Source: Hemiscyllium ocellatum (lineage: Eukaryota). Taken from it: a stretch of DNA of 64,000 bases. The notes under the pieces were generated by a model. It made no database searches. It was given only the letters and a program-made list of their open reading frames with translations, and was not told the DNA's origin. Of this stretch, positions 34,842-48,152 are shown one piece after another. How positions within the stretch are numbered: position 1 is the first letter of the stretch; each line of letters begins with the position of its first letter. Position numbers and translations under genes: made by a program. Where the stretch lies: positions 3,472,001-3,536,000 of the forward strand of contig NW_026867487.1 of the NCBI RefSeq assembly GCF_020745735.1. Reading direction: 5' to 3'.

Positions 34842-37269
34842 TGTTGCTGTCTTCAGTATAACTGGGCAGTGGGATAGCTGAAGCTGTCAATCCTATAAAC
34901 TCTGCCCTAAACGTATAGTTGTCATGAATCTGGATGCTCTCACCTCACTGCCTTGGTTCAGCGGTAACGTTCTGGGGCAATGTGGGCGGGAGGAGGAGAG
35001 CTTATTCGCGGTGAATTGACACAAAACAATCTGGGTTACAGCTACTGTCGTTAAACCGAGCCACACACCTCTGATATAATAGTTTCCATGCATGGGAAGT
35101 AAGTTAACATGGTCCCAGTCGCCCTATTTTCAACATTCAGCCTTCTCTGCCCCACCTCTTCAGTTTCCAGCAATTTTTTACGAATACCCAATTTATTCGT
35201 GCCCACAGACTGACTACTCATGTAACTCCTGAGAACTCTGGGCAGTTATTGTTTGTCTGTCCTCTGTCTGAAGCACTTCACTTCCCCAAGTTGGATCCTT
35301 TCAGCACCTTCATTTGGACTTTGTCTCTGCTTCTTTCATTCTCATCCATAAAGCCACAACCTCTCATTATTGGCTTACTGTCAATCAGTTAATACAGTAC
35401 CTCAGATCAGGGATAACTGCATTACGTATTGACGACCCAACATCTATATCAGGTACCAGCACTGCCATCAATCCGCAGACCGCACGCACACATCCACCAC
35501 GTGAGTGCACTTGTATTGTATGTATGATCTTGTATGTCTGCGTGCATGAGAGTTGCTTAGCTAGGATGGCTGGTTTGTGATGGAGAGTACCATGATCAGA
35601 GAGACATGAATTCGTCTTATTATCAACGACTCTCCGTCTTAATCGCACCACCGTGAGGAATAGTGTTGCTGAATTTAAGCCAGTGCCGTTTGCCTCTGTC
35701 TAATGCAGGAGCACTCCTTCGTCTTAACGGGCCTGTGAAGATTTTACCTGGAACTAGTCAACTGACGGCATGCCAGCCAACCACGTGACGTGAATTCATG
35801 TTTATCATTAAACTCTGAAATCTTGACTTTTGTTTTGAAAAAAAAAATTCAGACTCTGCCATCTGCCATATAGGATTAAAAGTGACAATCCCACTGAGCT
35901 ATTGCCGACTGTTGGGTGAAAGATTTTCTAAGTGATCGAACATAAAAATGTAAGTACAGAAGATGAGGCCTCTTCAGAATGCTAACCTGTGAATATAGTT
36001 GTGCCACAGCGCTTAGTCCTCGTGTCACATTTATTTCTCAAAAAGCTAATGATTTAGAGGAGTAACACGAATATACAAACGCCAAGCTTGTAGTAGCACG
36101 ATGTTATATCGAAAGCATCTATCGAGGTTGACACAGAGAGCATGGAGAAAGCTATGGAGAGGCTAATCGAGTGGTTAAACACTTTACAGTCAGAATATCA
36201 TACAATCAAGGAACGATAAAATCTTACAGCTCAGAAACAGGCCATTCGGGCCATAACACATATTTCTGCTTCTGAAAGAGCTACTTAGTTTATCCCCATC
36301 TTCAACATGTCTCCTTATATCTCCAAATTGCAAACTTTTAAATACATATGCAATCTCTTTTCAATCTTGCTTTGGAATTCCTGTCCAGCACTCTCCCAGG
36401 CAGTGCATTCTAAATCCTAAATAAAAATCTTTGATTAAATAAATTAGCTTAGCTCTCTTGCTGGGGTGTATGCATCGGGTTGTTAAAAAAAAAGAACGAG
36501 GGTGATCCTAAAGCCCAATCTCATTGATACATTAATTTCCTTTCAAGGACAACCAAGCCTTTAGTTTTTCTTTATCCCAACCCGCAGCTGACTGTGATCG
36601 CATTTTATCTCTTCATTACTCAGCTTACTTTCCTCACATTGAGAGGGTTTTGCATCGTTGTTCAGACTTGGTTAACTGGGATTTGAACACTTCTTCATTA
36701 TCTTTGTTTATGTTTAACTGGAATTCTCCTTCCACTCGATTTAGTCATCGTCTTCAGCTCTGTGTTTGTTTTGGTCCCATTTCCATGATCTTTTTTTAAA
36801 TTTCAATGTATGAACATCTACTTTGCCCCCATTGGGTTGGACTGAGAATATGAGACGTGGTAAAATGAACATTTGCCATACTTGCGAGGCATTATGAATG
36901 AATAATATTTACGTGAACGAAGCTGGGGTGGAGCTCAAAAACACCTTTACTCCATTTCCTTCAGAGAATCAGAGACATTCTGTCAAGATCAAGATATGGT
37001 GCCAATCTTCAAATCGTTGTGGGCCAGGTGCTAGTGCTCCCTCCTTCTTCTTATCCTTCCTGAACACTTCCAACACACCGCCCTGTCTCTTCCAGGGGAA
37101 CATCTGCCCATCATCGACTTTTGAACGAGCTGTTGACTGATATTGACAGAATTATTTAAGCATTGATAACTTTGCATAAAATGCAAAACTGCAGGCTGTG
37201 TGAAAGCATGCATTTCATCTCATCAAGTTCACATAGATTCGACGACATTCTTTTCTAACTCAGACCATA

Positions 37270-37490
37270 CTTCTACCATATCCCTGCAGTCCTACATTCC
37301 CAGTAGACAATCGAACTAGCTTGCAAATCTTTGGACTGGGAGAGGTAACCGAAACAGTCGGAGAAATCCCATGCACATGGTGGAGAAATGTGCAAACTCC
37401 ACACAGACAGTCGTGGAAGTCCTGTACTGAATCACAGTCTCTGTCGCTATCAGGCAGCAGTGCTGACCACTAAACCATCGGGCCACCCAT
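37270..37490 (-). mobile_element. Old HE1-type SINE
   Basis: Diverged head and core (GTGTGGAGTTTGCACATTTCTCC, CCCAGTCCAAAGA). Confidence 0.7.
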
Positions 37491-39929
37491 ATGCTTTAGA
37501 TCCTCCACCTGAAGATTTCAGAGTGTTCAATACTTGAAAGTGTCCATAACAGAGCTGGTTAAATTCAATACAGATGGAATTTTGTTTTTGTTTTCCAATA
37601 ACGCTGAATGGTTAATTTAAGGTTGAACATGACATTATTGAATTGTAGGCACGGTCCAAAGAGGTGATTAGCCAATATCCTGGCTTGTATACTTCTCTCA
37701 GAATATTTCATATTTTGTCCTCTCATGGCGTCCTTACCTCGTTGTGACAGTCTTTCATTTTTGCTGTGTACTATTAGTTTAATTTCTCTGCCTCTGTCAG
37801 TCTGTGTGTCTCTATGACTGTATGGATCTTCCTCTATCACTCCTCTGCTTCTGTGGATGGGTTCGAAGTGGTGAATCGCTTCTTACATCATCTGAACAAC
37901 CGTCTAAAGCAACTTACTGTCATACTTATCCAACATCATAGTGTTGAAACTGCATTTCTTCCTTTATATCCACATCCATCTAATTTTCTCTCTTGCTTTT
38001 TTCCTCTCTCCCTCCTATTTATTTCTGACTCCATAAATGCCCTCATTTTATATTGTTCTCTTCAAATTTCTCCCTCTGTCCAACAATTGCTGCTCGTCGC
38101 CCACTCCATTAACTTCTTTCTCGACCTCTTTCTGTCCAACACTATCTTTCAGATGATTTCTTAAATCGTTCCTCCACCTTACACTCGCTTTTTACATTAT
38201 AGACTCCCTGGCTCTTCATCTCTCTATATGCCTATCATATTCTATGTCCTTTCAACAATCCATGCGTCTTGGTCGTTTCTTTATTCATCCCAACGTCTTT
38301 GTATCTGTGTAGCTTTTGCAAACTCTGTGCAAAAAGTCTTTGAAGGAGACAGCAAAAGCCTAGGAGAATGAAAGCAGAACCAGAGGACACCGAGCCAATA
38401 AAATCCCTTGGGTTGGAGACGAAGAGAGATGGAAGCATGTTTCGATTTTCAGAATAAAGGTATGTTGATCCCGAAGCATTAAGATTCCATTGCTATTTAG
38501 GTAAACTTCAAATCGGCCGTGAATTTAAGAAAGAGCCGTTTATTTTTAAGCATGGAACTAATAAAACGCTGCTGAAAACTTTCTCAGCGCAACAGCCCAC
38601 TCCACAATAACATTGTTTAAATGTTGTCTGCACTGTCTAAGGCAATTGTCCCAGTCTCAAAATAAACAAAATGTGATGGACTTGAGGTTGCACAATGAAT
38701 GGCTGTGGAAGGAACCTGTCTTGTGAGTAGATCACTGACAGAATCCAAGATATACTGCAATGTCCTTTCCCACAGAGTCGAGCAGTTGAAGCATGGTGTG
38801 GAGAGGAGTAGAGATCTCCTACGTACACAAAAGACAATGCGCTCTGGACCGATACACAAATATATTGAGAGCAGACAGCAGTCACGGTCGGCACACAAGC
38901 ACATTGTTATACCTCTTTGTTCTATCAAAAAATGTAGCATATGATCCAATTTCCCTATCGTTGATACAGTTAGAGGTATTGTTGCCTTTCGAAACAGAGA
39001 TTTTACGAATTCACGCAGGGTATCAACATCCAAGAGGACACTTTCAAACGCGGTATCTGTATTTGATCAAATGAATCGTCAGGAACCTTAACAAAATAGA
39101 AATCAATGGGGACTGGACACAAAGCCGGCAATTTTCTGAGTTATTTGAATCACAGTAAGATAGGTCAGAATCTTTGGAGTTCTATATATTCCACACCACA
39201 GTAGAGTTCCAAGACGTCTCAGGTGGCTGACCCAGCCCAACACAAGCTGTACAACATCATTAGGACTATTTTTCCGACATGTTTCTGGAAGGAGAGAGGC
39301 TTCCTGCACATTGTGCAGTCCTCATTCGCATTTTCAAATTCTATTACAATGAAGTAGTTTCAGACACATGCAGAAAGTCACGGTTATTATTAAAGTTTAG
39401 ACTTTAATCACATTGCAAAAATCGCCAATCGAATTTGTTCATCAAGTAGAGAATTAACTAGATTCCACGACATTCATTATTAATAATGGAATTTCACTTC
39501 AATATACTGTTGGCTATGATTAAGTGGAATCTTAAAATTCAGAACTCTCAAAAAGTGGACACCATTCATAAGGTGTAATTGAGAATTAAATCGAAAACAT
39601 TGCTCAGAATTGCACCATATATATTGTATTGCCTATTGGTCTCTAACAATTCGTAGTTCTCTGTCACAGTCAAGTCATCAGATGTAGGTTTGTAAAGTTG
39701 TTTCTACTGTACAATTTTGTAAGCCAATGATCATGGAGACAAAATAGTATTATTAAAGATTTTGGCATAATTCCTCCTGAACCTGTCACCTCGTAAACCT
39801 GTAATGACGCAGAAGAACCGGATATCAACTCTAACAGCTTTTCCAATCTATGTTCTGTTCTGTGGAAGTGCTTGTAGGAGGACGATGAAAGAATAGAAAG
39901 ACCCATCGAATAGTTTTCCAGGAAGTTGA

Positions 39930-40968
39930 CCGTTCATTAACAGAAATATTCAACGGTGGAGAGACTGTGAGCATATTGTTGGCAAGACAACATTTCAGTT
40001 ACCAGCAACGCACCTGGGACAATCATTAACACTGATCATAACCCATTCATAGTTGTGGAGAAATCAAAGAACGAAAATGCCAGACTTTTTCAATGCAGCT
40101 TTCCATTTCAGACATTCAATTTGACAAATGTGCATGTGGCTGGTGTCAAAAACGTGATTGCCGATGCATTATCGAGATTCGAATGAGATATGGAGGCATT
40201 TGTCGGTGGCTGTGCCACGGCCTAAATTCGCATGTAGTTGTTTCTGTTTGCATGTGTGCAGTTAGTGCAGTGTATATGTGTATTTTAGACGACTTACTAG
40301 TTTTTATATGAAGAGTTTTAAAAATGTAGCCATCTTTTGGTATTGATTGGTATCATTTTGTGATTCTTTTTGCAAGATTACTGTGTTCTTGATACTTTTC
40401 TGTGGGCCCACAGAACACTTTGGGCTCTGAAACAGCTGGGTTTGGGACAGAAATAAAAAGCTTTTTTTTGACTTATACGTAAGGAGATGAGAGTTTAAGC
40501 CAAAGTTTTTATGTTTTTAGAAGTAACCTGTATAAGTCAAGGGGGTGTGAGCAGCTCGCGAGTTGAGCAGTTCAACTCAGGACTTGGTTCGAAGTTCAAC
40601 TGTGGAGCTGTGTCGAAACAGGCTGCTAAATTCTTTCTCCTTCTGCCCTTCTAACTTCGACCTGTAAGCTTTTGCTTTTGTTTTTGCTCTGTGTTTCAAG
40701 GGTTTGTTTATTGGGACTGTTGGTCATATTCAGAACCACATAATTAATTCTAGTTTGGATTGACGGAGTTCACTAGCTGTTATTTTATTCTGTTCTTTGT
40801 GTTTCATTCCTTATTTTGTGATCTGACTGTTGCCTATTTTAAAACCTGGTAGTCAATGTCGCTGACTTACTCCGGGAAATTTGCACTATATACTTATAAA
40901 ACAAATTGCGAAGTTACAGTCCTGGCTGCCTGCTTATGAATGTTTTGAGGATTTGGCCTAGTCCACAG
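39930..40968 (+). mobile_element. 3' end of a Gypsy-type LTR retrotransposon: RNase H C-terminus, 3' UTR and LTR
   Basis: TDHNPF...NARLFQ...FNLTNVHVAGVKNVIADALSRFE* at about 40030-40185, followed by an LTR-like block ending GGCCTAGTCCACAGCA. Confidence 0.75.
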
Positions 40969-40969
40969 C

Positions 40970-41095
40970 AATAGAAAGACAGAAAGATAGGTAGATAGAC
41001 AGATAAAAAAATAGACAGACAGATAGGTTGAGAGAAAGGTTGATATATCGAGAAACAGATTATAAGATCCACTGATTGATCGATTGATAGCTGTT
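40970..41095 (+). repeat. Degenerate (GATA/GACA)n microsatellite
   Basis: Read directly. Confidence 0.8.
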
Positions 41096-41160
41096 TGACA
41101 AGCATATTATGAAGACAGACATTGATGGGGTTTTAGGTAAATGCCTCCGTTGAAACTGTT

Positions 41161-41592
41161 GAGAGTGTGGTGCTGGAAAAGCACACCATGTCAGGAAGCA
41201 CCTGAGGAGCAGGAGAATGCAAGTTTCTAGCGTAAATCCTTCATCAGGAATGATTGCAGAGAGAGAGAGGAGGAGAACTTTTTCAAAGTTGGCATTCCTG
41301 GAAAAAGCTTCACAGTGGGGTTGAAATCAACCAGGAGAAAGTGAGGACTTCAAATGCTGGAGATTAGAGTCGACAGTGTGGTGCTGCAAAAGCACAGTAG
41401 ACCAGGCAGCTTCCGGGAAGCAGGAGAATCGATGTTCCAAGCATAAGCCTTTGATCAGGAATGACTCCTGGTGAAGGTTTTAAGCCCAAATAGTTGATTC
41501 TCCTGCTCCTCGGATGCTTTCTGTACTACTATGCTTTTCCAGCACTACATTCTCGACTCTGATCTGTAGCATCTGCACTCCTCACTTTCTCT
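41161..41592. mobile_element. Three decayed copies of the hammerhead-bearing repeat: 41161-41252 (minus) and an inverted pair 41333-41462 / 41465-41592
   Basis: Arms are mutually reverse-complementary (GAGAAAGTGAGGAC...CAGGAAT / CTCCTGGTGAAGG...CTCACTTTCTC); ribozyme cores mutated. Confidence 0.8.
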
Positions 41593-41915
41593 TACTTTGA
41601 AGCTGCGCCTATCCTGTAGCTCCAGGCATCGGTTTTCTGTCCCCATTCTCACCAAACTATTTAGCAAATCATTGTCCCGTAGACGTTTGACTCAGCTTTC
41701 CAACATTCTTCCTGGTTCCATTCTCACACTATACTTAATTCTTTTCTAATTGTGTAATATGAGGGGGAAAAAAGATAAGTGAATTTGTTGCACTTGTTCC
41801 CCATGTGGAGCATGTCTGCACTTTTTTGATGTAGCTTCAGTATTTTTTTTAGCTAAGTTGAGACATTGATTACTATGTTATCTGCGAAAATCGAGCATCT
41901 CTGCAATCCCCACAT

Positions 41916-41928
41916 TAGCGCCCTCTGC
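41916..41928 (-). promoter_or_regulatory. Candidate CTCF site
   Basis: Minus strand GCAGAGGGCGCTA matches the 3' part of the CTCF core; the 5' CCA is missing. Confidence 0.35.
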
Positions 41929-42289
41929 ACTCCGCTACTGACCACTTCTGTAATCTTCAGATTGACCGCTTCTAAAATTCTACACTATCCACCCACCTAA
42001 TGCCCATGCCAGCTTTATTTATTATCTCTAAATTGATCAACTGAGTAACCCTCCCACCAATGATCTCTGTAGTCTGTGAGGTACGACCTCGGCAAAACCA
42101 TCGTGGATCCGAAGAGGCTGTGCCAGACCAAGCACGGGGCCCAAACCGACCATATGGACTTGCATTGCCTGTGGCAGACATAATCAACTCAATGGGATAC
42201 AAAATGAAGCAGAACACGATAGCAGAAAAAAGATACATTTCTCCCTGATGTGCTCACTGCTTACTATGCTCAGTTCGAGCAGAATGCCA

Positions 42290-43810
42290 AATGCGTGGTG
42301 TCAACTGCCCAGACAGCCATGGGTGAAACTGCTCGCTCTGTCACTGCTGCACACATCAGAACAGTCATTCCATGACTCAACAAAAGGAAATCAAACAGAC
42401 GGATTGCTGGCCATGCACTGATATCGTCAAACTCTCCAAATTATTAGCTAAAGTTCCACCTGCTTCAAGAAGACGACAATCATCCCAGTACCTAAAAAAG
42501 CGCACACAACATTCCTTAATGGCTAGTATCCCGTCATTCAAACGCCACAGTCATGAAGAGCTTCGAGAGGCTGGTGATGGACCACATCACTCCACCCTCA
42601 AAGATTGCCTCAATCCTCTGTAATTTACCTACTGATGTAACAGGTCCACAGCAAATTTCATAACCTTGCAGTCATCCCTGAAAAATCTGAGCAACAAGGA
42701 CATCTACATCAGACAGCTGCTTATTGGTTACAGCTCTGCGTTCAACACCGTTATCCCCGGCAGACTGCGATTAAAACTCCAATTCTCAAATCCCAGCTCC
42801 ACAGACTGCAACTAGATTCTTGGCTGGCCCATAGAATGCAATTAGTGAAGGTAGACAACTGAACTACCTCCAGGATAACACTCAACACTAGAGATCCCCA
42901 CCACCAAGGAATCTTTCTCATCCTACTATAGCCCCTACTCACCCACGGCAGTGCACTCAAAATCTGAACAAACGCCACTGACAGATTTGCTGACGAGACC
43001 ACTGGGAGGACAGATGTCAAAAAACGGTGAGTCAGATTTCAGAAAGGAGATACAGGGCTTGATGACGTGGTTCAATGGTAACACCTATTTCTCTCAATGT
43101 CGAAAAACTAAAGAAATGAATATTAACCTCAACAGGAAAGGAGGAGGACACGCCCCTATTTATGTCAATGAAGCGGATGTTGTAGAGTTGAGAACTTCAA
43201 GTTCCTAAGAGTGATGATAATCGACAATCTACCCTGAACTTCTCACATAAATGCAACAATCGTAAAAGCACATCAAAGCTTTTATTCCTCAGGCATCTCA
43301 GCAAATTTGGCTTGTCCATAAGGACCGTCACCAACCTTTACAGATGCACCGTGCAAATTATACCGTCTGGTTTTCATCACAGACGGTTTAAGCAATTGCT
43401 CTGCCAACTTTCATAACAATCACGTAGTGTGCACAGTCTAGACCATCATGGAAGCCAACCTCTCATTCATGATCTCCATATGCATATCTCGTAGCTGTGG
43501 AAAAGCTGCCAATATCATCAAAGACCAATCTCACCCGAGTAGCGCTCTCCTGCAACCTCAACTATCAGGCTGAAGATACAAAAGCTTGAACACATGCACC
43601 AGCAGTTTCAAGAACAGCTTCTTCCCTGTTGGTATTAGACAAATGCAAGTTGATCTTGACTAGTGCATGTAATGTGCCATGTAACCTGTTTACCTTACTC
43701 TATTCGAGTATTTTTCCACCGGACAATCTGTATGCTCTTGTTTACAATGTCTGCCTGTACTCGCAAGCAAATATTTTTCACTGTACTTAGGTAAATATGG
43801 CAATAAATTA
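42290..43810 (+). mobile_element. Rex1/Babar-like LINE, decayed RT and 3' end
   Basis: K.T.IIPVPKK, MKSFERLVM.HI and SSAFNT.IP-type RT motifs; tail CAGCAGTTTCAAGAACAGCTTCTTCCC. Confidence 0.7.
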
Positions 43811-44415
43811 AACCAAATCAAGTCAACCCTCCACACTGCCGCCCTTTAAAATCCCCACATTGACCAAATCTTTCATTCCTACACTTACATCTGTGCAATC
43901 CAGACACTCAGTGTGAATATCATCCCCACACAGTCAAAATTCTAAAATTGGCACACAGATCAGCTCGATTAAAAGTGCCGCTGTAAATGCCTCAGTGATC
44001 ATATTTGTGATCCCCATTTAACACACTCTGACATCTCAGCATGGAACACATACATAATCCTCACTGGGATTCGATTATTTGTCCCCACACCGAGTCAATT
44101 TGTCGTCCACAACTGACCATATGTGTGTTGATACGGAATCTTTTTCTGAGTGGGCACTGGTGAGCTCAATTATTCACACAGCATTGACAATAGATGGTGC
44201 TGCAGCACAGCCCCCACTGATGGGCAGGACCTCGTATTATTTGCATCAAACGTCGATATTAGGCGAGCAATACTGTGTCTTCAAACACGCCCTCCGGTCT
44301 GCTTATTCATAAACGCCTATGAGGGCGGATCAAAATCCAATAATCGGCCAAACTGCATTGTCAGTCTGTGGCCGGAGGACAGACTATCACATATAACATG
44401 GCTGCAGGAAGGACT

Positions 44416-44862
44416 ATGTTGCTGAGGTCTATGCTTTTGTTTCTTGCTTACTTATTTAGGGCGTACATCCAATTTCCATTTCTTCAACATTTTAGACATT
44501 TTCATTCTCTGTTATTTCACTCCCCGTGGAGAAGTACACAACTCAGAGTCACTTTACTTTACTACGTGCCCAGTTGGAGGTGATGTTCACTCAGCCAGAA
44601 GCCCAGTCAGGGATCCCTGGGCAATCTCTAAGACTGCCGTGTAAAACCAGCTGGGTCGATCTGGAAAGCTACAGCATGTTCTGGTATAGTGAACACCCCG
44701 GGAATGTTCTGCAATGGCTAATTTGGCACCACAGTGAAAACAACTGCAATTCAGAGGTTATAGGACAAGTCATTGCTTCCAAAGATGTATCAAACAACAA
44801 CTTCACTTTAAATATCAGGACATTGAGAATGTCAGACAATGCAATATATTATTGTACAGGGA
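44416..44862 (+). pseudogene. IgH-like (TAILV-like) V, open V frame but splice and RSS defects
   Basis: EVMFTQPEAQSGIPGQSLRLPCKTSWVDLESYSMFWYSEH...ASKDVSNNNFTLNIRTLRMSDNAIYYCTG. No canonical donor after the leader MLLRSMLLFLAYLF, acceptor reads TAC|GTG (AG lost), RSS 44863-44901 is CAGAGTG/23/ACAAAAACC. Confidence 0.85.
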
Positions 44863-46682
44863 CAGAGTGAAAAAGATCAAATCCAGACCTGTACAAAAAC
44901 CCATAAGAGGAAATGAAGCATTTTCCACTGATTCTCAATGCACGAATATGCCCATCGTTGACTACAGCTCAGCGATTAAGAAGAGTTTAAACTTAAAGGC
45001 GGGTATTTTGCCCTTCAAAGCTCTGCTGGTATTTCTGCTACTGCTCAATCGTGCTCTCTTCACTACTGCCTTCACAGAACTGATAGTTTCAACGTCATGT
45101 ATATGCATGTATTTAGCTGTTTACTTTCATTAAACACTGCTTTACTTCCGTTTATACCAGCAATTTGCTCGTGTATGACAAATCTTAACAACTAATTGTC
45201 TAAAGGTCATATACATGTGCCTACATTCTTATTTGGCCACAGTCATAAAGACTGCAGAACCGAAGACATAGAAAAATAAATCGGCCATTCAGTCCATAGA
45301 GTTGGTTACAAATTTCGAAGATATCATAGCTGATCTGATCATTTTGAACTTCACATTTCTGCCTATCCTCTAGAAGTCTTGATTCTCTTACTCATGAAAA
45401 TGCATCACAGCCTCGATTATTCATTGCATATTGACATCTGTGATCAATACTTCAATGGATTTTTTTGCCATCTGATAAAAGATATTCCGCTTTACCTTTC
45501 TCTCAAATATATGGATCCATATTCAGATTTTATGCCTTCTATTCAGATACATCCTCATTGAGACGAGCAACAATTTTGCCTCTGCACTGCCAAGTCTTCA
45601 TTTCAACCTGATAGAGGATTTTGAGTCTACTGACACAACGGAAAGGAAATGTCTCCCTGTCAATTCATCCTGCCTATACATGGAAGAATGATTCTGATGG
45701 TGTTAAACGCAAAGCATGTTTACTTTCCCTCATTTGTGTTTGGATCTCCCGCCCCCCAATAAACTCATTTGGTTTTGTGTCACGTTTGTGCTGCTTTCCG
45801 GGAAATGGCTGCACATTTAGAGTCCATGTTTGGTGATCCATGTCTGACCTGTTAATCATTATGAAAAAAGCAAGATGTGTAACAACATGAGCAGGACGGT
45901 TGAAGTTGATGATAATCTAAACTTTAGTCTGTTTTAAGGTTTAATCTCATTCACGTTGTGAGATCTGTTGAGAGTGTGCATGTCATTGCATCCGGAAGCT
46001 CACTTTTAGCCGAACCACTGGCTAAAAAACAATGTGACTCCTAGAAACTGATATGGGAGATGTGGAAATCATGTCTCTGAACACGAGTCATTGAAGCAAA
46101 GAGAAATACAGAAAAAAAATATAATGAATAAATTGGTCAACTTCAACTTGACATGTGAGTGGAGAGCAGCCAAGACGGCACACTCACTCTCCGTGTGAGT
46201 AAATTTAATTTTAGTTTGAATGGGGCTGTATCCTCCCTATGGTGAATCCCAAATGGTTATTATCTTCCTCTTGTGAAGAAATGGGCATCTACCACAGAGG
46301 GTGGCATTGTGTCATGTTGAACAGATGGGAGGGGAAAGGGAAAGATACTGCTAGCTGTTTTCGCTCTTTCATTCATGATCATCCCTCTGAACAATGTATG
46401 CATCAGGGAACGACCAAAGACTTCTGCATTGACATTAGAAATGTGAAGCAACGCTGCAGATAAATCTTCCAATTATTTTAACTCTGTTTAAAATCAGACA
46501 CTCTGGTAGGCATGACACCAAACACCGAAGCTGCTCACGCACTGAAACATAGTTGTGAATACAGGAAAGCCAATAAACACAAGTAAAAATTCTTACAGTC
46601 GCTCACACATGATCACTTACACAGGAATGCACTGACGCACAACACATAAACAAACACACATATACAGATACAATGCACTTAT

Positions 46683-47305
46683 NNNNNNNNNNNNNNNNNN
46701 NNNNNNNNNNNNNNNNNNNNNNNNNNNNNNNNNNNNNNNNNNNNNNNNNNNNNNNNNNNNNNNNNNNNNNNNNNNNNNNNNNNNNNNNNNNNNNNNNNNN
46801 NNNNNNNNNNNNNNNNNNNNNNNNNNNNNNNNNNNNNNNNNNNNNNNNNNNNNNNNNNNNNNNNNNNNNNNNNNNNNNNNNNNNNNNNNNNNNNNNNNNN
46901 NNNNNNNNNNNNNNNNNNNNNNNNNNNNNNNNNNNNNNNNNNNNNNNNNNNNNNNNNNNNNNNNNNNNNNNNNNNNNNNNNNNNNNNNNNNNNNNNNNNN
47001 NNNNNNNNNNNNNNNNNNNNNNNNNNNNNNNNNNNNNNNNNNNNNNNNNNNNNNNNNNNNNNNNNNNNNNNNNNNNNNNNNNNNNNNNNNNNNNNNNNNN
47101 NNNNNNNNNNNNNNNNNNNNNNNNNNNNNNNNNNNNNNNNNNNNNNNNNNNNNNNNNNNNNNNNNNNNNNNNNNNNNNNNNNNNNNNNNNNNNNNNNNNN
47201 NNNNNNNNNNNNNNNNNNNNNNNNNNNNNNNNNNNNNNNNNNNNNNNNNNNNNNNNNNNNNNNNNNNNNNNNNNNNNNNNNNNNNNNNNNNNNNNNNNNN
47301 NNNNN
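46683..47305. other. Assembly gap (N run) inside CA/TG-rich simple repeat
   Basis: Run of N flanked by CA-rich sequence on both sides. Confidence 0.99.
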
Positions 47306-48152
47306 AAGCCAAGCACACATGTGCACAAGCACACAAACACAAATATCTTGGAATACAAACACGTAAAACACGTGGACATGCTACCGGTCATATAGACACA
47401 TACACAAAATAAAACAGACCCCAATGTAAATAACGTACAGACACCAGACACAGATATCAGGCGTATTCCCTCTAAGACAGCAACTGTGACGTTATTCACA
47501 GCAACTGGTCCTGTTCTATGAGGCCACCGTGTTAATCGAGGCAGAAAACATACCCAGAGAGATGGGTGAAGAAAGTCAGACACAGCTCACTAAATATATC
47601 TGAAACGAACTAAGAAAGGCATGCTTGATTATCTTGAGCACATATGCAGGAAATAGCCCTGAAATCACAGAATAAAGGGAAACATTATAAAAAATGATTT
47701 CAGTAATACTGCTGGATAAAGATTGAAATTGAGTTCAGTAATGCAGCAAATTGGATTTGAGGGATTATGTTTTGAGAGTGCATGGTTTGATGGTCCACAA
47801 GGTTTACATTAGGGGCTTCTATCACGCAGCTGTCATATGCAGCCAATTTCAATGCATGGTTTATCACAATAACATTGAGTGCAGTCGCACTGGGAATCTG
47901 TGAAATTGCTTATCATAGATGAAAGCCTTCGTTCCAGATTGACCTGTGATAAAACCAATGACCATGACGCAGCTTGGGGAGTGTCAATATATTGAGAGTC
48001 ATCTTTCTTTTTCTCACGCTGTCAGCATCACGACTGAAAACAGGCAGTGACATGGGATCATCCAGAGCCAGTGCAGCTGTACGTTGAAGGTGAAAGTTTA
48101 GAATGGGTATCCTCAAACATCTGACAACCCTGTAGTACTGAGGATAGAAACA

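Noticed and set aside
41972-42238. 88-aa minus-strand ORF starting with a 46-nt hydrophobic leader-like stretch followed by TTGAGT
   Set aside because: The implied intron would be only about 24 nt and no frame downstream has Ig-domain motifs.
44239-44246. Octamer ATTTGCAT as proof of a B-cell Ig promoter
   Set aside because: Present at only one of three paralogous promoters, and an 8-mer recurs by chance in AT-rich DNA (another ATGCAAAT lies near 50598 with no clear gene).
46285-46310. CCACAGAGGGTGGCA as a CTCF site
   Set aside because: Spacing does not fit the core without a gap.
46603-47583. Long ORFs of 230-326 aa in the track
   Set aside because: Artefacts of translating through the N gap.
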